This document shows, in pieces, positions 10,186 through 21,240 of a stretch of 55,215 nt of DNA (position 1 is its first letter; the number at the start of each line of letters is the position of its first letter). The translations under genes and the position numbers were made by a program. The stretch spans positions 1 to 55,215 of the IMG/VR virus record IMGVR_UViG_3300044699_000026. One strand, given 5' to 3'. The notes under the pieces are model-generated. The model worked only from the letters and a program-made list of their open reading frames with translations, searched no databases and was not told the DNA's origin. This DNA comes from a virus. Taxonomy: Duplodnaviria > Caudoviricetes.

Positions 10186-10926
10186 ATGGCAATCACCATC
10201 ACCTCCGTCTCGGTGACCACTGGTTACACCGTTGGCGGCACGATCTCCAATGTCGTGGGCACCAACCTGGACACGTGCGTCGGGGTCTACCTCGGAGCCT
10301 TTCCGGCTGTCATCGTCAGCAAGACCAGCACCACGCTGCGCTTCCAGTCCGGTCCCGGCACGGGTTCGGCACTGCCGATCCGCTTCCTGGACGGCACCAC
10401 CGAGGTCACGGCGACTCCGACCTGGACCTACACCGCCCTGTCCTCGCCGGAGCACCAGACGTCGACCTCGACGAAGAAGTGGCGGCTCGATGCCACCACG
10501 GACGGCGGCACCACATGGGTCAAGATCCGTGGTATCACCAACCTTCAGCCCACGGTCAACACGACCACCCAGGACGATTCGGACTACGACTCCGGCGTCT
10601 GGGGTTCGGACGCCAAGACTCAGCTCAAGTGGGAGCTGACCGGAACCGTCAAGCGGGGTAAGGGCGACTCCACCGGGCTGTACGACGCCGGCCAGGAGAT
10701 CCTCCGTGCGGCCCACGATCAGGTCGGCTCGGCTGGATCAGTGGTGGTTCGCTGGTATGACCGCACAGGCGGTCCTGAGGCGTTCACGGGCACCGCGTTC
10801 GTGCAGTGGTCGGAGGCCGGCGGGGCTCCCGATGCGCTCTCGACCGCTTCGTTCACGCTCGGCGGCCAGGGTGCCCGTACCCTGATCACCAACCCGGTGC
10901 TTGCTGACGCATCGCTCGCGTCCTGA
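10186..10926 (+). CDS. major tail protein with N-terminal IPT/TIG-like domain
   Basis: C-terminal tube domain (DDSDYDSGVW, VRWYDRTGGPEAFTG, FTLGGQG); N-terminal GGTISNVVGTNL Ig-like segment. Confidence 0.85.
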   Translation: MAITITSVSVTTGYTVGGTISNVVGTNLDTCVGVYLGAFPAVIVSKTSTTLRFQSGPGTGSALPIRFLDGTTEVTATPTWTYTALSSPEHQTSTSTKKWRLDATTDGGTTWVKIRGITNLQPTVNTTTQDDSDYDSGVWGSDAKTQLKWELTGTVKRGKGDSTGLYDAGQEILRAAHDQVGSAGSVVVRWYDRTGGPEAFTGTAFVQWSEAGGAPDALSTASFTLGGQGARTLITNPVLADASLAS

Positions 10927-10944
10927 TACTCGGAGGTATAGCGG

Positions 10945-11433
10945 ATGCCTTTCGAGGATTACAGCGAGCTTGTCGGAGCCCCGATCACGCTGCCTATTGC
11001 GGGCAAGAAGTATGTGCTTCCCCCGGTCTCAGCAGAGGCCGGGGTGGAGCTGCTCGACGTCCTGCGCAATCCGGACGGAGAGGCGGCCAAGGCTCGGGAT
11101 GAAACCGGGCTGCGTTCGATCAAGATGCTGCTCGGCGACGAGCTTGTCGAGAAGATGCTGAAGGACGGCGTCCCCTACGAGGCCATACTCCGTGCTTCCG
11201 TCGTGCAGATGGCGGACTTCCTGTACGGGCGTCAAGAGGCCGAGGACGTCTGGAAGCAGTCCGCCATGCACGTTCAGGTGCAGCGGGCTTCAGACCCGGA
11301 AGCGACAGCCCCCGCCAGGGGGCGTTCTCGCTCAGCGACGGCCAGGACCCGGACTTCATCTACGGGCGCGGTTCGTACGACCCGCTCACGGGCCTCTGGG
11401 ACGAATACGACCTCCCGTCCGAGGGGCCGGTAG
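10945..11433 (+). CDS. tail assembly chaperone (G product)
   Basis: ITLPIAGKKYVLPPVSAEAG; lies between major tail and tape measure. Confidence 0.8.
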   Translation: MPFEDYSELVGAPITLPIAGKKYVLPPVSAEAGVELLDVLRNPDGEAAKARDETGLRSIKMLLGDELVEKMLKDGVPYEAILRASVVQMADFLYGRQEAEDVWKQSAMHVQVQRASDPEATAPARGRSRSATARTRTSSTGAVRTTRSRASGTNTTSRPRGR

Positions 11434-11666
11434 CCGGCGAACAGATTCCCTGGGCACGGCTTTTCGAGCTGTGGCCGATCCTGGTCCGTGACTTCGGAGC
11501 GATCTATCACGTCGATCTTGAGGATCGCTGGAAGCGGACCAGCTGGCGCTGGTTCCGGGTCCGCGTGATCGGGATCATCTCTGATCCCAAGTCGCTCATC
11601 TACCAGTTCCTCCACGACAAGGGGCAGGCCCTGCCGGACGAGCTCGACTATGACGAGATGGGGTGA
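11295..11666 (+). CDS. tail assembly chaperone -1 frameshift extension (GT product)
   Basis: Slippery C-CCG-GAA at 11295-11301; -1 frame is open for 123 codons (PGSDSP...WPILVRDFGAIYHVDL...SWRWFRVRVIGI) to TGA 11666, has no clear start of its own and ends just before the tape measure. Confidence 0.8.
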   Translation, partial: PGSDSPRQGAFSLSDGQDPDFIYGRGSYDPLTGLWDEYDLPSEGPVAGEQIPWARLFELWPILVRDFGAIYHVDLEDRWKRTSWRWFRVRVIGIISDPKSLIYQFLHDKGQALPDELDYDEMG

Positions 11667-11669
11667 GCT

Positions 11670-14383
11670 GTGACTGTTCCCGGTGGCGGAAGCACTGTCG
11701 GCAACGTCACGGCCTACCTCCGCATGGAGGCCGACCAGTACATCCGCAAGGCGCGTGAGGTCTCGCGTGCCACGCTGGAGATGGAAACGGCCCAGCGTAA
11801 GCAGCAGATCGCGATTGACAAGGTCGCGGCTGCGGAGAAGAAGCTCAACGACGCCCGGAAGACCGGCGACACCAAGAAGATCACCCAGGCGACCCGCGAT
11901 CTGGAGGCCGCTCGGGAGCGGTTGGCGTCGGCCAACGAGCGGGTGGCTCGCGGTGAGAAGAACCTCGGGGCAGAGGCCGAGCGTGCCGCTTCCAGGGCTG
12001 CTCGTGCTGCCCGTGAGATGGAAGCGGCGACCCTCCGTGAAGAGCGCGCCATGCAGCGCGCCGGCCGGTCGGCGTTCGACTTCGGTAACCGCCTGAACGC
12101 GATCATCGCTGCGGCGGTCATCCTTGGACCCGCGTTGATCCCACTCGGGGCGGTCGGTGCGGCCGGCCTGGGTGCGCTGGCCGAAGGTGCCGGCGTGGCC
12201 CTGCTGGCGATCCGTGGTGTCAAGAAGGAAATGAAGGACGGCACCGTCGTCGGTGTCCAGTACCAGTCCTTGTTCGTCGGTCTCAAGAACAACATCGACC
12301 AGCTGAGCGTCACCGCTGCCGACACCGCGTTGCCTTTCGTGGGCAAGGCGATCGGCAACATCAACGACGTCATGCCGGAGCTCAACTCCGAGACCAAGCA
12401 GTACACCGCGCTTCTCGGCGAGATGGGCGACGTGCTCATCCACGGGGCGCTCGCCGGCTTGATCCAGCTGCACCCGCTCATGCTTCAGATCTTCAAGGAT
12501 TCGCTGAACCTGTCGAAAGGCTTCGATCGGTTCGCCTCGGGTAACGGTATCCAGAAGTTCGGGGACTGGGCGCTGGAGGTCTTGCCGGTCGTTGAGCAGG
12601 ATATCGGTGATATCACCGAGGCTCTCGGCAAGCTGATCGTTGCCGGTGCTTCCAGCGGCGTCACGGTCCTCGATCTCCTCAGTGGCATCGCTCAGGCTCT
12701 GAACGCGATCCCGTTACCGGTGCTCAAGGTCCTGGTTCCCACCTTGTTGGCGCTCTACACGGCGTCCAAGCTGGCCGCCCTCGGTACCGCGATCAACACC
12801 AAGATCACGGGTGCCTACACGGGGGCTCTGCTTCGTCAGGCTGCCGCGGCCGAAGCCGCCGCGGCCGCGGAGCGCGATCTTGCGGTGGCCACTGCTGAGG
12901 CCGGTGCCGCCGGTGAGGCCGGTGCCGTTGGAGCCATCCCCATCGGTGGTCGCGGAGCAACGCGCACCAGCACTGTTGCGACGGCTGAGCGCAATATCGG
13001 TCGCGTCGGTGCGGCTGGGGCTACCCTCTTCCCGCCGACCGCGATCCTCCTCATCGCCGCGGCCTTGGGTCACCAGCTCGCCAACAACCCGATCATCAAG
13101 GCGCAGGACGCCTCCCGCCTTGCTGGAGGCGGTGTCCGTAACCCGGTCAACCAGGGTCCGGGTGGCAACTTCCTGTTCAACCGGATCAACCAGTCACTCT
13201 TCGGTCCGGCCAAGTTCGTGATCCCGAAGGAAGTCAAGCAGCAGCAGACTTCTTCGCGAAGCAGTCGGCCAACTTCAAGGCCCAGCAGGATGCCGCTGCC
13301 GCCACTGATGCCGCCTTCGACAAGATCGCCAAGTCTGCTCTGGCCGCACGTGACTCCCAGCAGCAGGAGATGGCCGTCGCGCAGCTCTCAGGGAACGTCC
13401 ATGACGTCCTGGCGCTCTCGCTGGACGCCGTCAACAAGAAGTTCCTCGACACCGCCGAAGCCTCCACCGCGGAGTGGCAGGCGATCAACAACGTGACCAA
13501 GACCCTGAAGGACAACAAGGGCGCGATCAAGGGCCACTCGGACGCTGCTCTGGAGGATCAGTCCGCCATCCAGCAGGCGACCCGTGCGATCCAGGCTCGG
13601 GCGTTGGCGCTGTCTGACGGCGGCAAGAATGAAGCGAAGTCCATCGCCGCCTTGGTCTCAGGGCGCGATGCCATGTTCCGGAGCCTGAAGGCCCAGGGAC
13701 TGTTGACCAAGTCCGTGCGCGACTACATCAATTCGATCTTGCACATTCCCAAGTGGGTTGCGACGCTGCCCAAGTTCAACTCCGAGACCGCTCAGGCCCG
13801 GATGATCGACTACATCAAGCGCATGGGCGGCATTCCGGCGCTGAAAAACACCACGTTCAACCTGAAGACCGGCACGGCGGTCACGCGGCTGAACCACATA
13901 CTCACGGTCTACAACGCATTGACTGACAAGACGGTCACGCTCAGCACCAACATCATCACGAATCGCATCGGACGTGCTGATCTGGAGCGGGCTGGTGGTG
14001 GCCTGATTCAAGGTCCGGGGTCGGGCACCAGTGACTCGATCCCGATCAGGGCGTCCAACGGCGAGTTCGTGGTCAATGCTGCGCAGACCGCGAAGCACTT
14101 GGATCTCCTGGAGAACATCAACAAGGGTGTCGCGGGGTTCGCCGCTGGCGGCACGGTAGGTCGCCAGGGTGCGCGTCCGGTGTATGCCAGCACGATGGCG
14201 CGCACGAGGCAGACCGCGTCCTTCCGGTCCACGGGGAGCACGCGCGGCTTGATCCATGCTCCCATGGGCGAGGGTCCCTACGAGCTGTCCGGAACGGTTC
14301 GCCTCGACGACAACGGCATGCTGGACGTGTCCGGAGCCTTCCTGGCGTACAAGAACCATCACACCTACGGTCGGAGTGACTAA
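11670..14383 (+). CDS. tape measure protein (one apparent frameshift near 13240)
   Basis: Long Ala-rich helical ORF 11670-13496 continues in another frame (AAADFFAKQSANF...) to 14383; C-terminal GGLIQGPGSGTSDSIP...GEFVVNA motif. Confidence 0.88.
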
Positions 14384-14746
14384 ATGGCTATCCGCAACCT
14401 TGCTCAGCGGCAGTCGCTGGCTGCTCAGTTCGCTACCGACAATCCGTACGGCGCGGTGTTCACTGCCGACCCCGGTGCCACCGGTACGCCGTCTAACGAG
14501 GTCACAGGCGGCTCGCCGGCCTATGCGCGCTGCACGATCACGTGGGGCTCCCCGGACGGCACGGCGACCGTCACCGGCACGGGTACGGTGAACCTGCCAT
14601 CGGGCATCACTCCGACGCATCAGTCACCGTGCACCACGTCTGGAACGGGCGCCAGGGTGTCGGACGCACAGCCGATCACCCCGGCGCCGGGAGCCACTGC
14701 TTCGCAGACGACGGCAACCCTCACATTCAAGTACCAGCAGCTCTGA
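14384..14746 (+). CDS. minor tail protein
   Basis: FTADPGATG..NEVTGGSPAYAR motif of small actinophage tail proteins. Confidence 0.7.
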   Translation: MAIRNLAQRQSLAAQFATDNPYGAVFTADPGATGTPSNEVTGGSPAYARCTITWGSPDGTATVTGTGTVNLPSGITPTHQSPCTTSGTGARVSDAQPITPAPGATASQTTATLTFKYQQL

Positions 14747-14784
14747 CCCGCCCTCCGGTCCGCGACTAGGGAAGGGGGCTCGGT

Positions 14785-15843
14785 ATGGCCACGTTCACGA
14801 CTTACCCGGGATCGGGCACATTCCCTGGGCCGAACACCTTCCCCGGTCAATCCACGCTCGTCGCAGGGGCATACGAGACCGATAACACCGGCACCGGCAC
14901 GGGTACCTATTCGCTCGGGCTGCCGAAGGCGTACGAGACGGACAACACCGGCACCGGAATCGGCAGCTACCTGCTGGCCTATGCCGGTGCGTTCTCCTAC
15001 GTCACGTCAACGATCGGGGTCGGCACCGGCACCTATCTGCTCACCCTGGCTGTCTACACCGGGCCGACGCTCACCGCCTCGGTTGACCCGTTGGCGCTTC
15101 CGCCCAGGGTGCTCGTGCAGGCGTTCAACATCGGTGGGCCGTCCGGAAACATCACCAGGCTTGATCCGGACGGTGCTTCACGTCCCGTCCGCGAGGGCGA
15201 TCCCGTGAGCCTGTCCGGTGGCGGTGCGGCTGTCTTCGATTACGAGATGCCGTACAACCAGCCGATCACCTACACGATCACTCCGACTTCTTCACCGACC
15301 ACTCCGACGAGCTCGATGACTGTCACCTTGCTTGTCAGCCGGCCGTGGCTCGTGCACCCAGGAGTGCCTTTCCTGTCGCAGCCGTTGACTATTCAGCTGT
15401 TCGCCGACGAGACGATACCGGCGAACGTCGGTATCCATGACGTCCTTCAGCGTGAGACTCCGATAACCATCTCCGATGGCCGGCGGAAGTCGCCGCGGTC
15501 GATGCTTCAGGTCAAGACCATGACGAGGAGCCAGGCGGACGGGCTCGACCAGCTCCTGCTCGATGAGTCGCCGCTCTTGCTTCAGGCCACCTATCCGTTC
15601 ACGACCGAGCAGATGTATGCATGGATCTCGATTCTCGACGTGAACCGGGCTCGTCGCACCGCGATGTTCGGTGACCCGTCTCGGGTGTGGCAGCTCCCCT
15701 ACGTCGTTGTTGATCGTCCGACCGGTGCGATCCAGTCGGTGCGCACCTGGCAGGACGTCGTCAACCAGTACGACACTTGGCAGGACGTCATGAACGACTT
15801 CCAAACGTGGCGTGGTGTCCTCACCGGCCTGCGCGGAACGTAG
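14785..15843 (+). CDS. minor tail protein (distal-tail-like)
   Basis: DYEMPYNQPITY, WLVHPGVP, WQLPYVVVDRP and terminal TWQDV repeats. Confidence 0.75.
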   Translation: MATFTTYPGSGTFPGPNTFPGQSTLVAGAYETDNTGTGTGTYSLGLPKAYETDNTGTGIGSYLLAYAGAFSYVTSTIGVGTGTYLLTLAVYTGPTLTASVDPLALPPRVLVQAFNIGGPSGNITRLDPDGASRPVREGDPVSLSGGGAAVFDYEMPYNQPITYTITPTSSPTTPTSSMTVTLLVSRPWLVHPGVPFLSQPLTIQLFADETIPANVGIHDVLQRETPITISDGRRKSPRSMLQVKTMTRSQADGLDQLLLDESPLLLQATYPFTTEQMYAWISILDVNRARRTAMFGDPSRVWQLPYVVVDRPTGAIQSVRTWQDVVNQYDTWQDVMNDFQTWRGVLTGLRGT

Positions 15844-16981
15844 ATGTATCAGGTTACGCAGCGGTGGTTGGACTCCGATCGGACCGCACACGTTCGGTAT
15901 TCGGAGGCTTCGCATCTTGATCCATTCACGGGCAGGGTGACCCCGCCGAGTGACATGCCGATCGAGGACGGGTCGATCATCGACGACTCGAACTCGAACG
16001 TCCGTCGCGTACTGAACATCACTCTTCCGGCTATCCAGGGCCTCTATGACGCCCTGGCCGCGCCGGGTGGGGAGATCACCATCTCCACCACGAAGAGATA
16101 CGTCGACGGCCAAACTGAGACAATTCCCGCCGGGGTGTTCGTTGTCGATGCCGACCAGATGGGTTACAACCCGTCTGGCCAGATCACGCTGACATGTCCT
16201 GACCGCTGGCTACGGGTTCAGCGGAACCGTTTCGGGATCACCGGCCGGACCTCGGTCGCCTCGAACACGATCCACGCCGAGATCCAGCGGCTGGTCGAGG
16301 GCGCCTGGTCTTCTGGGTTCCCAGGTTGGGCACAGCTCGACACGTCGGTCACGGCCAAGGTCGGACACCTCGTCTGGGACGACGGCGACCGTGAGGCCGC
16401 GATCCTCGACATGGCCCGTGCGCACAGTCTCGAAGTTTTCTTCAACCGCCAGGGCCTCGCGGTGCTACGGCCCGTGCCGTTGCTGTCCACGACCAGTCCG
16501 TTCGTGTGGCAGGTTGACGCTGGGGACACCGGAGTGCTGATCGATGCGAACCGGTCGCGTGACCGTTCCCCGTCTCCGGAACGCCGTGATTGCGTCCTGC
16601 TCGGCGACAGGGATCACGGTGGCTCCACAGGAGAAGAAGAACACCACCGCGGGTGATCCACTTCGCACTGCGGGGCCGCTCGGTTATGTTCCGTATTACT
16701 TCTCCTCGCCGGTCATGAAGACCACGGGACAGTTGCAAGCGGCGGCCTTGACCGAGCTGAAGAGACAGCTAGGCGTGGCGTCGTGGATGTCGCTGGAGGC
16801 ATCCCCCAACGCGGCTCTGGACAGCGGCGACGTCGTCAAGGTCATCTTGCCGAATGTCGACCGGTTCACGCCACGGCCGACCGAGCTGCACATCCTGGAC
16901 ATGATCACGACTCCGTTGCTGCCGACCGGTACGCAGCCCATGCAGACCCGCTCGACCCGACCGGATACGGACGGCACATGA
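15844..16981 (+). CDS. minor tail / baseplate hub protein (frameshift near 16570)
   Basis: IEDGSI...VRRVL, IPAGVF, GVLI..RSR continuing in another frame to NAVI...PNAALDSGDVV. Confidence 0.75.
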
Positions 16982-17283
16982 ACCGGAAGCTGGCCGATGC
17001 GGTCCGTCAGGCTGCCGATGCGACCATCAAGCCATCGTCGCTGGCCATGCCGATGTCGGTCATCACGGGAACGGTCACCACGGTGGCTGCCGGCGCCGCG
17101 ATGGACGGCAATGCTCAGGTCACGGTGACCCTCGTCAACGGCGACACCACCGACTGCTGGTATCCCGACAGCTACACCCCGACCGTGAGCGACGTGGTGC
17201 TGGTGGGCCTTCCGGGTGCCATCGGCAAGGGGAAGTCACCTGTGATCTTGCTGCACCTCATTGGCCAACCGACCGTTCCCTAG
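16978..17283 (+). CDS. minor tail protein
   Basis: ATGA-coupled start; SYTPTVSDVVLV motif. Confidence 0.65.
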   Translation: MNRKLADAVRQAADATIKPSSLAMPMSVITGTVTTVAAGAAMDGNAQVTVTLVNGDTTDCWYPDSYTPTVSDVVLVGLPGAIGKGKSPVILLHLIGQPTVP

Positions 17284-17292
17284 GGGGACCTC

Positions 17293-17810
17293 GTGACGAC
17301 TCTGCCCTATCCGACCCTGAGCGATGCCCCGAATGCCCCGGCGCAGTTCCAAGCCCTGGCGTCGGCTACGACCGCCGACCTCGGCTTGAATCTGCCCCGC
17401 ATCAGTCGGCAGGTGGCCCGCACCACCACCCTCGGCCTGACGGGCGGAAGCTGGACCGGCGTCGCCACGTTCGGTATCGGCACGATTTACAACTTCGGCG
17501 ATATCACCTACGGGTCCGCGTCTACACCGTCCACACTGTCGGCCACTACGAGTGGGAGATGACGACCCTCTATCCGTCCACCACCGCTGCCCATTCGCGC
17601 GGTATGAAGGTGCTCGTTAACGCCGCGGACCTGGCCTACAACCAGGGCGAGACGTGGTGGACGTACCCGGCGCAGTCGGTCGGCACTTTGACGCTGACCA
17701 CGCAGGGAAAGGTGCCGATGGTGGTCGGCGACACCATCACGCCGGAGTTCTACAGCAGCGTCAACATGACGATAACGCCGTTGGCCTTCTCGCTCACCCT
17801 CGTCGGCTGA
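17293..17810 (+). CDS. minor tail protein (frameshift near 17555)
   Basis: LPYPTLSDAPNAPAQFQALA N-terminus typical of actinophage tail proteins; two ORF halves. Confidence 0.6.
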
Positions 17811-17818
17811 GTGACCTC

Positions 17819-18150
17819 ATGTTGGGCAACGTGGGGGCACTGTTGCTCGATTCTGCTCCTGCTGGTACCGTCGAACTGGCTGGACTGGGTCGCCACCTGG
17901 GGGCCTGGCGGTGTTCTGGTCGTCCTGATCCTCACGGGCGTCCTTGAACCTAAGAGGGTGCGTACCTCGCTGGAAGCGGAACGGAACGCTTGGAAGGCAG
18001 CGTTCGAGAAGGAACAGGATGCGCACGTTGTGACGCGGGAAGCTCTGGCTGCGCCGAAGCGCGCGGTGTCGCTGCGATCGAGTCGGCGAAGACGTTGACC
18101 CAGCTTCTTGAGGCTATCGGACATGAGAGCGTGCGCAGGGATGGCGGCGC
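17819..18150 (+). CDS. membrane protein of lysis cassette (frameshifted, approximate ends)
   Basis: GGVLVVLILTGVLEP...ERNAWKAA: TM helix plus coiled coil. Confidence 0.5.
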
Positions 18151-18153
18151 TCG

Positions 18154-18359
18154 ATGAGACTACGGCGGAAAAAGGCTCTACCCTTAGGAGCACAGATCGC
18201 TCTGCAAGCAGCGGAGGACTCCCGCATGCAGGCCAACGAGGACCTGCGGTACCAGCAGGAAGCGTTGAGGAGGCCAACGAGGTGGCGGATAAGATCAGAC
18301 GGCACAACATCGCGAACCACTTCGACGATTTTCTGCTGCGAATACTCAGTAAGGGATAG
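18154..18359 (+). CDS. small lysis-region protein (frameshifted)
   Basis: Joined frames give MRLRRKK...EEANEVADKIRRHNIANHF. Confidence 0.45.
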
Positions 18360-18361
18360 CA

Positions 18362-18724
18362 GTGCTCCTCTACATATTCATAATGTCCTGGCTGGGCCTG
18401 ATCGGCGCGGCCTGGTTCATGACAGTTCACCGGCCCGTCTCCTACTGGTCGTGGCGGAACCTGAACGCATCCTCTTACGTGGTCGTGATCGGTCTGCTCA
18501 ACGCACGGACCATCCTCGGGTTGTGGTTCAGCCCTTACTCGCAGGGCATCTCGTGGACCCCTGGGTTGCGACTGGTATACGTGGACCGCGGTCGTCCTGT
18601 ATGCGCTGATCGTGGCGCTCATCTATCAGCGGCTGATGTTCTTCCTGTGGTTCCGCAAGCGCTACAAGCCGCTTGTCCGAGAGGGCGAATGGGCAGACGT
18701 AGGCGACTGAGGAAGGGCAACTGA
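18362..18724 (+). CDS. putative holin-like membrane protein
   Basis: Several hydrophobic segments; immediately upstream of the endolysin; probable indel near 18590. Confidence 0.5.
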   Translation: MLLYIFIMSWLGLIGAAWFMTVHRPVSYWSWRNLNASSYVVVIGLLNARTILGLWFSPYSQGISWTPGLRLVYVDRGRPVCADRGAHLSAADVLPVVPQALQAACPRGRMGRRRRLRKGN

Positions 18725-20185
18725 ATGACGGAGCCGGAGCCCATCATCTGGGCGGACATCTCTGAATATCAGAAGACGCTCTACACCTCCGATTACGCAG
18801 TGGACCGGGATGTACTCGCGATTCGCGCGGCCCATGGCAACGAGACGGATGCGAACGTCGCCGAGAACTGGCGGCGCATCCAACCCGACCTTGACTCGGG
18901 CGCGCTCGCGCTCCTGATCGTTTACGTCGTTTACATCCCTGGCACGAACGACGCTGTCATGGCTCGGCTCGGCTCCGTGTTCGGCGCCGATCCTGATCCA
19001 CGGCTCGTGTGGATGGTCGATGTTGAATCCGGGGCGAACTACGCCGGCCCCGGCGACCATTCGGTCGGTGCCAACGAGCTGTGCGAGAAGCTCGTCGCCT
19101 GGTGCGGTTCTCCGTGGCGGGTCATCGGCTACGCCAACGGTGGCGACTGGGAGAACAGTTGGCCGACCCCGCCGCCGTGGATGGACAGGGCGACGCAACA
19201 GATCATCGCCGACTATCGTGGGGTCCAGCCAATCGGTGACTGGATGGGCTGGCAGTACACCAACGGACAGTGGCCCAACCAGTACGGTTACCCGTCGAGC
19301 TCGCCGCCGTTCGGTGCCTGCGACCACAACGTCTATACGGGTGCCGGCGGGCTCGCCGGGATGCTCGCCGGATTCGGGATCGGAGAAACCCCTGTGACCA
19401 CAACGTGGCTACCAGGCGCAAAGGTCGTTGACCTTCGCCAGACCAGAGGCAACGGTCCGTTCCGGAACTTCCTGGGTGTCGTCCTCCACGTCAACGTCGA
19501 CGAGAACGGCACCACCGACTCGTTCTACGCGGCCGGCACCAGCGTCAACCCGTCCAGCGTCACCCCAACTTCCAGGTCTACAAGTCCGCCACCCGCAAAC
19601 CGATTCGCAGCGGACCAGAGGCCAGTTCGGGGTGCATCAATATCTGCCGTTCGACTATCAGCCGTGGTGCCAGGCAGACGGCAACGACACCTACGCGGCG
19701 ATCGAAACGGCGGGTCTCCCACCGAGCCGCTCACCGACTATCAGTTGGAGCAATCGCGCGCATCCTCACCGTCTACCACGACCAGTATGGGGATGCCGTA
19801 CCGTCTCGCCAACTCGGACGGTGCGCCGCGGCTTCGCAACCCATGCGATGGCGGCATCTCGTGGGTGGGCATCCTTGCCCCAGGCACCATCCGCACCGCG
19901 CAACGCCAAACCATCCTCGACATAGCCCAGGAGGGACCTATGCCCACAGCACAGGAGATCGCGACCGAAGTTTGGGATCACCACAAGTTCAGGCCCCCTG
20001 GGCAAATGAGAATCGGTAGCGAACGACTTCCCGCAGCACACTCTGCGCAGTCGACGAGCTCGCCAAGAAGGTCGACGCGAACCAGAAGTACTGCTCGACG
20101 CGATCGCAATAGATTTCCGTGGCGGTAGCGGATTGCCGGCCACCGTCCACATCAGCCGGCGATGTGGACGTTACGCTCCGCGTAG
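18725..20185 (+). CDS. endolysin: GH25-like muramidase plus Amidase_2 domain (frameshifts in amidase half; end approximate)
   Basis: ADISEYQ, MVDVESG, WQYTNG...FGACDHN (GH25-like); then VVLHVN, GVHQY, AAIET and HPCPG (Zn amidase) spread across frames. Confidence 0.8.
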
Positions 20186-20196
20186 GAAGGACATTC

Positions 20197-20485
20197 ATGG
20201 CACACGAGTGGAAACGAAGGTGGTGGCGGCGACTGTCGGCTCGCGTGGCGGTGCCGCGATCGGCACCTTCGGGCTGTGGCTGCTCGGCGTCACGTCTGGC
20301 ATGAATCCAACGCGGCTGACAACGCCTCGAATGCGATCGCGGCTGTACCCGCTCCGGTGTCGGGCTGCTGCTGCTGGTCGTGGCCGGTGTCGGTGCCTAC
20401 GTGTCCGGATGGCTGGCGCCGCACACATCACGGACCGATGCCGCCGGTTCTGCCCGCCCGGTTGTCGAACAGGAGCAGGAGTGAC
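20197..20485 (+). CDS. holin (frameshifted)
   Basis: VETKVVAAT...GAAIGTFGLWLLGV, then ..GWLAPHT typical of actinophage holins; AGGAAGG RBS. Confidence 0.65.
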
Positions 20486-20723
20486 TCGTCTACTTCGTGC
20501 CGAACGCCCTGACCAAGCCGACCTCATGAATTGGAATAGCACCGCCATCCAAATCACCGTGGATGAGATAGAGCCGGGCGAATTTCTTTGTCGCCTCAGT
20601 CTGGTCACCTGGCTGCTGGGGCAGCGGGACAACGGAAGACGAGCCATCCGCGACTACGTGGAGGCGCTGCCGGGTTGGGTCGCCGTTGGTGGGCGGATGT
20701 GGGTCCGTCGCGAGGATCTGTGA
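20481..20723 (+). CDS. hypothetical protein
   Basis: 80 aa ORF with AGGAG RBS. Confidence 0.5.
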   Translation: MTRLLRAERPDQADLMNWNSTAIQITVDEIEPGEFLCRLSLVTWLLGQRDNGRRAIRDYVEALPGWVAVGGRMWVRREDL

Positions 20724-21225
20724 GCCCACTTCCCGCGACTTCGCCACCGTCGCCACCAACGGCTGGGCCGCGAAACTCATCCGATGGGCCACCCATCCGA
20801 TGTCAACCACGCCTCCTTCTCTTCGACATCGACGACGTCGGTCGGCAACGCAATCCTGGAGATGGGACCAGCCGGCTCCAACTGAACGACATGCCTACCC
20901 CGCCGACCGCACCCATTGGTCGACGTGGCCGATCACTCATGAGGAACGCACCCGCATGGTCGAATGCATGACGCGTGCCAGCAGACGGCGTTCTCCTACA
21001 ACTGGATCGCTGACCTGTATATCGGCTTGCGGGACCGGTTCGGGATCTCCGTTTCCCCGCTGGGCGTGGAGCTGCACTCCCGCCTGTCGCCGAAGCAGAT
21101 GGAGTGCTCCCAGCTAGTCGACTACAACTACCTGACAAGCGGGTGTGCATCTGTTCGATGGACGGGCGCGACCCCGGCCAAGTTGCTCCGTCTGACTTCG
21201 GAAACTCGACCTGTCTCCCTGAGCG
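20720..21225 (+). CDS. permuted papain-like (NlpC/P60, YiiX/YebB-type) amidase, frameshifted
   Basis: Joined frames: DFATVATNG...IRWAT..VNHA (His) ... YNW ... MECSQLVDYNY..GVHLF.DGR.PGQV.P (Cys after His). Confidence 0.65.
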
Positions 21226-21240
21226 AAAGGCTCCTCCGTT

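Noticed and set aside
13230-13260. Programmed frameshift in the tape measure gene
   Set aside because: No slippery heptamer; it is one of many indels in this part of the sequence, so probably an error
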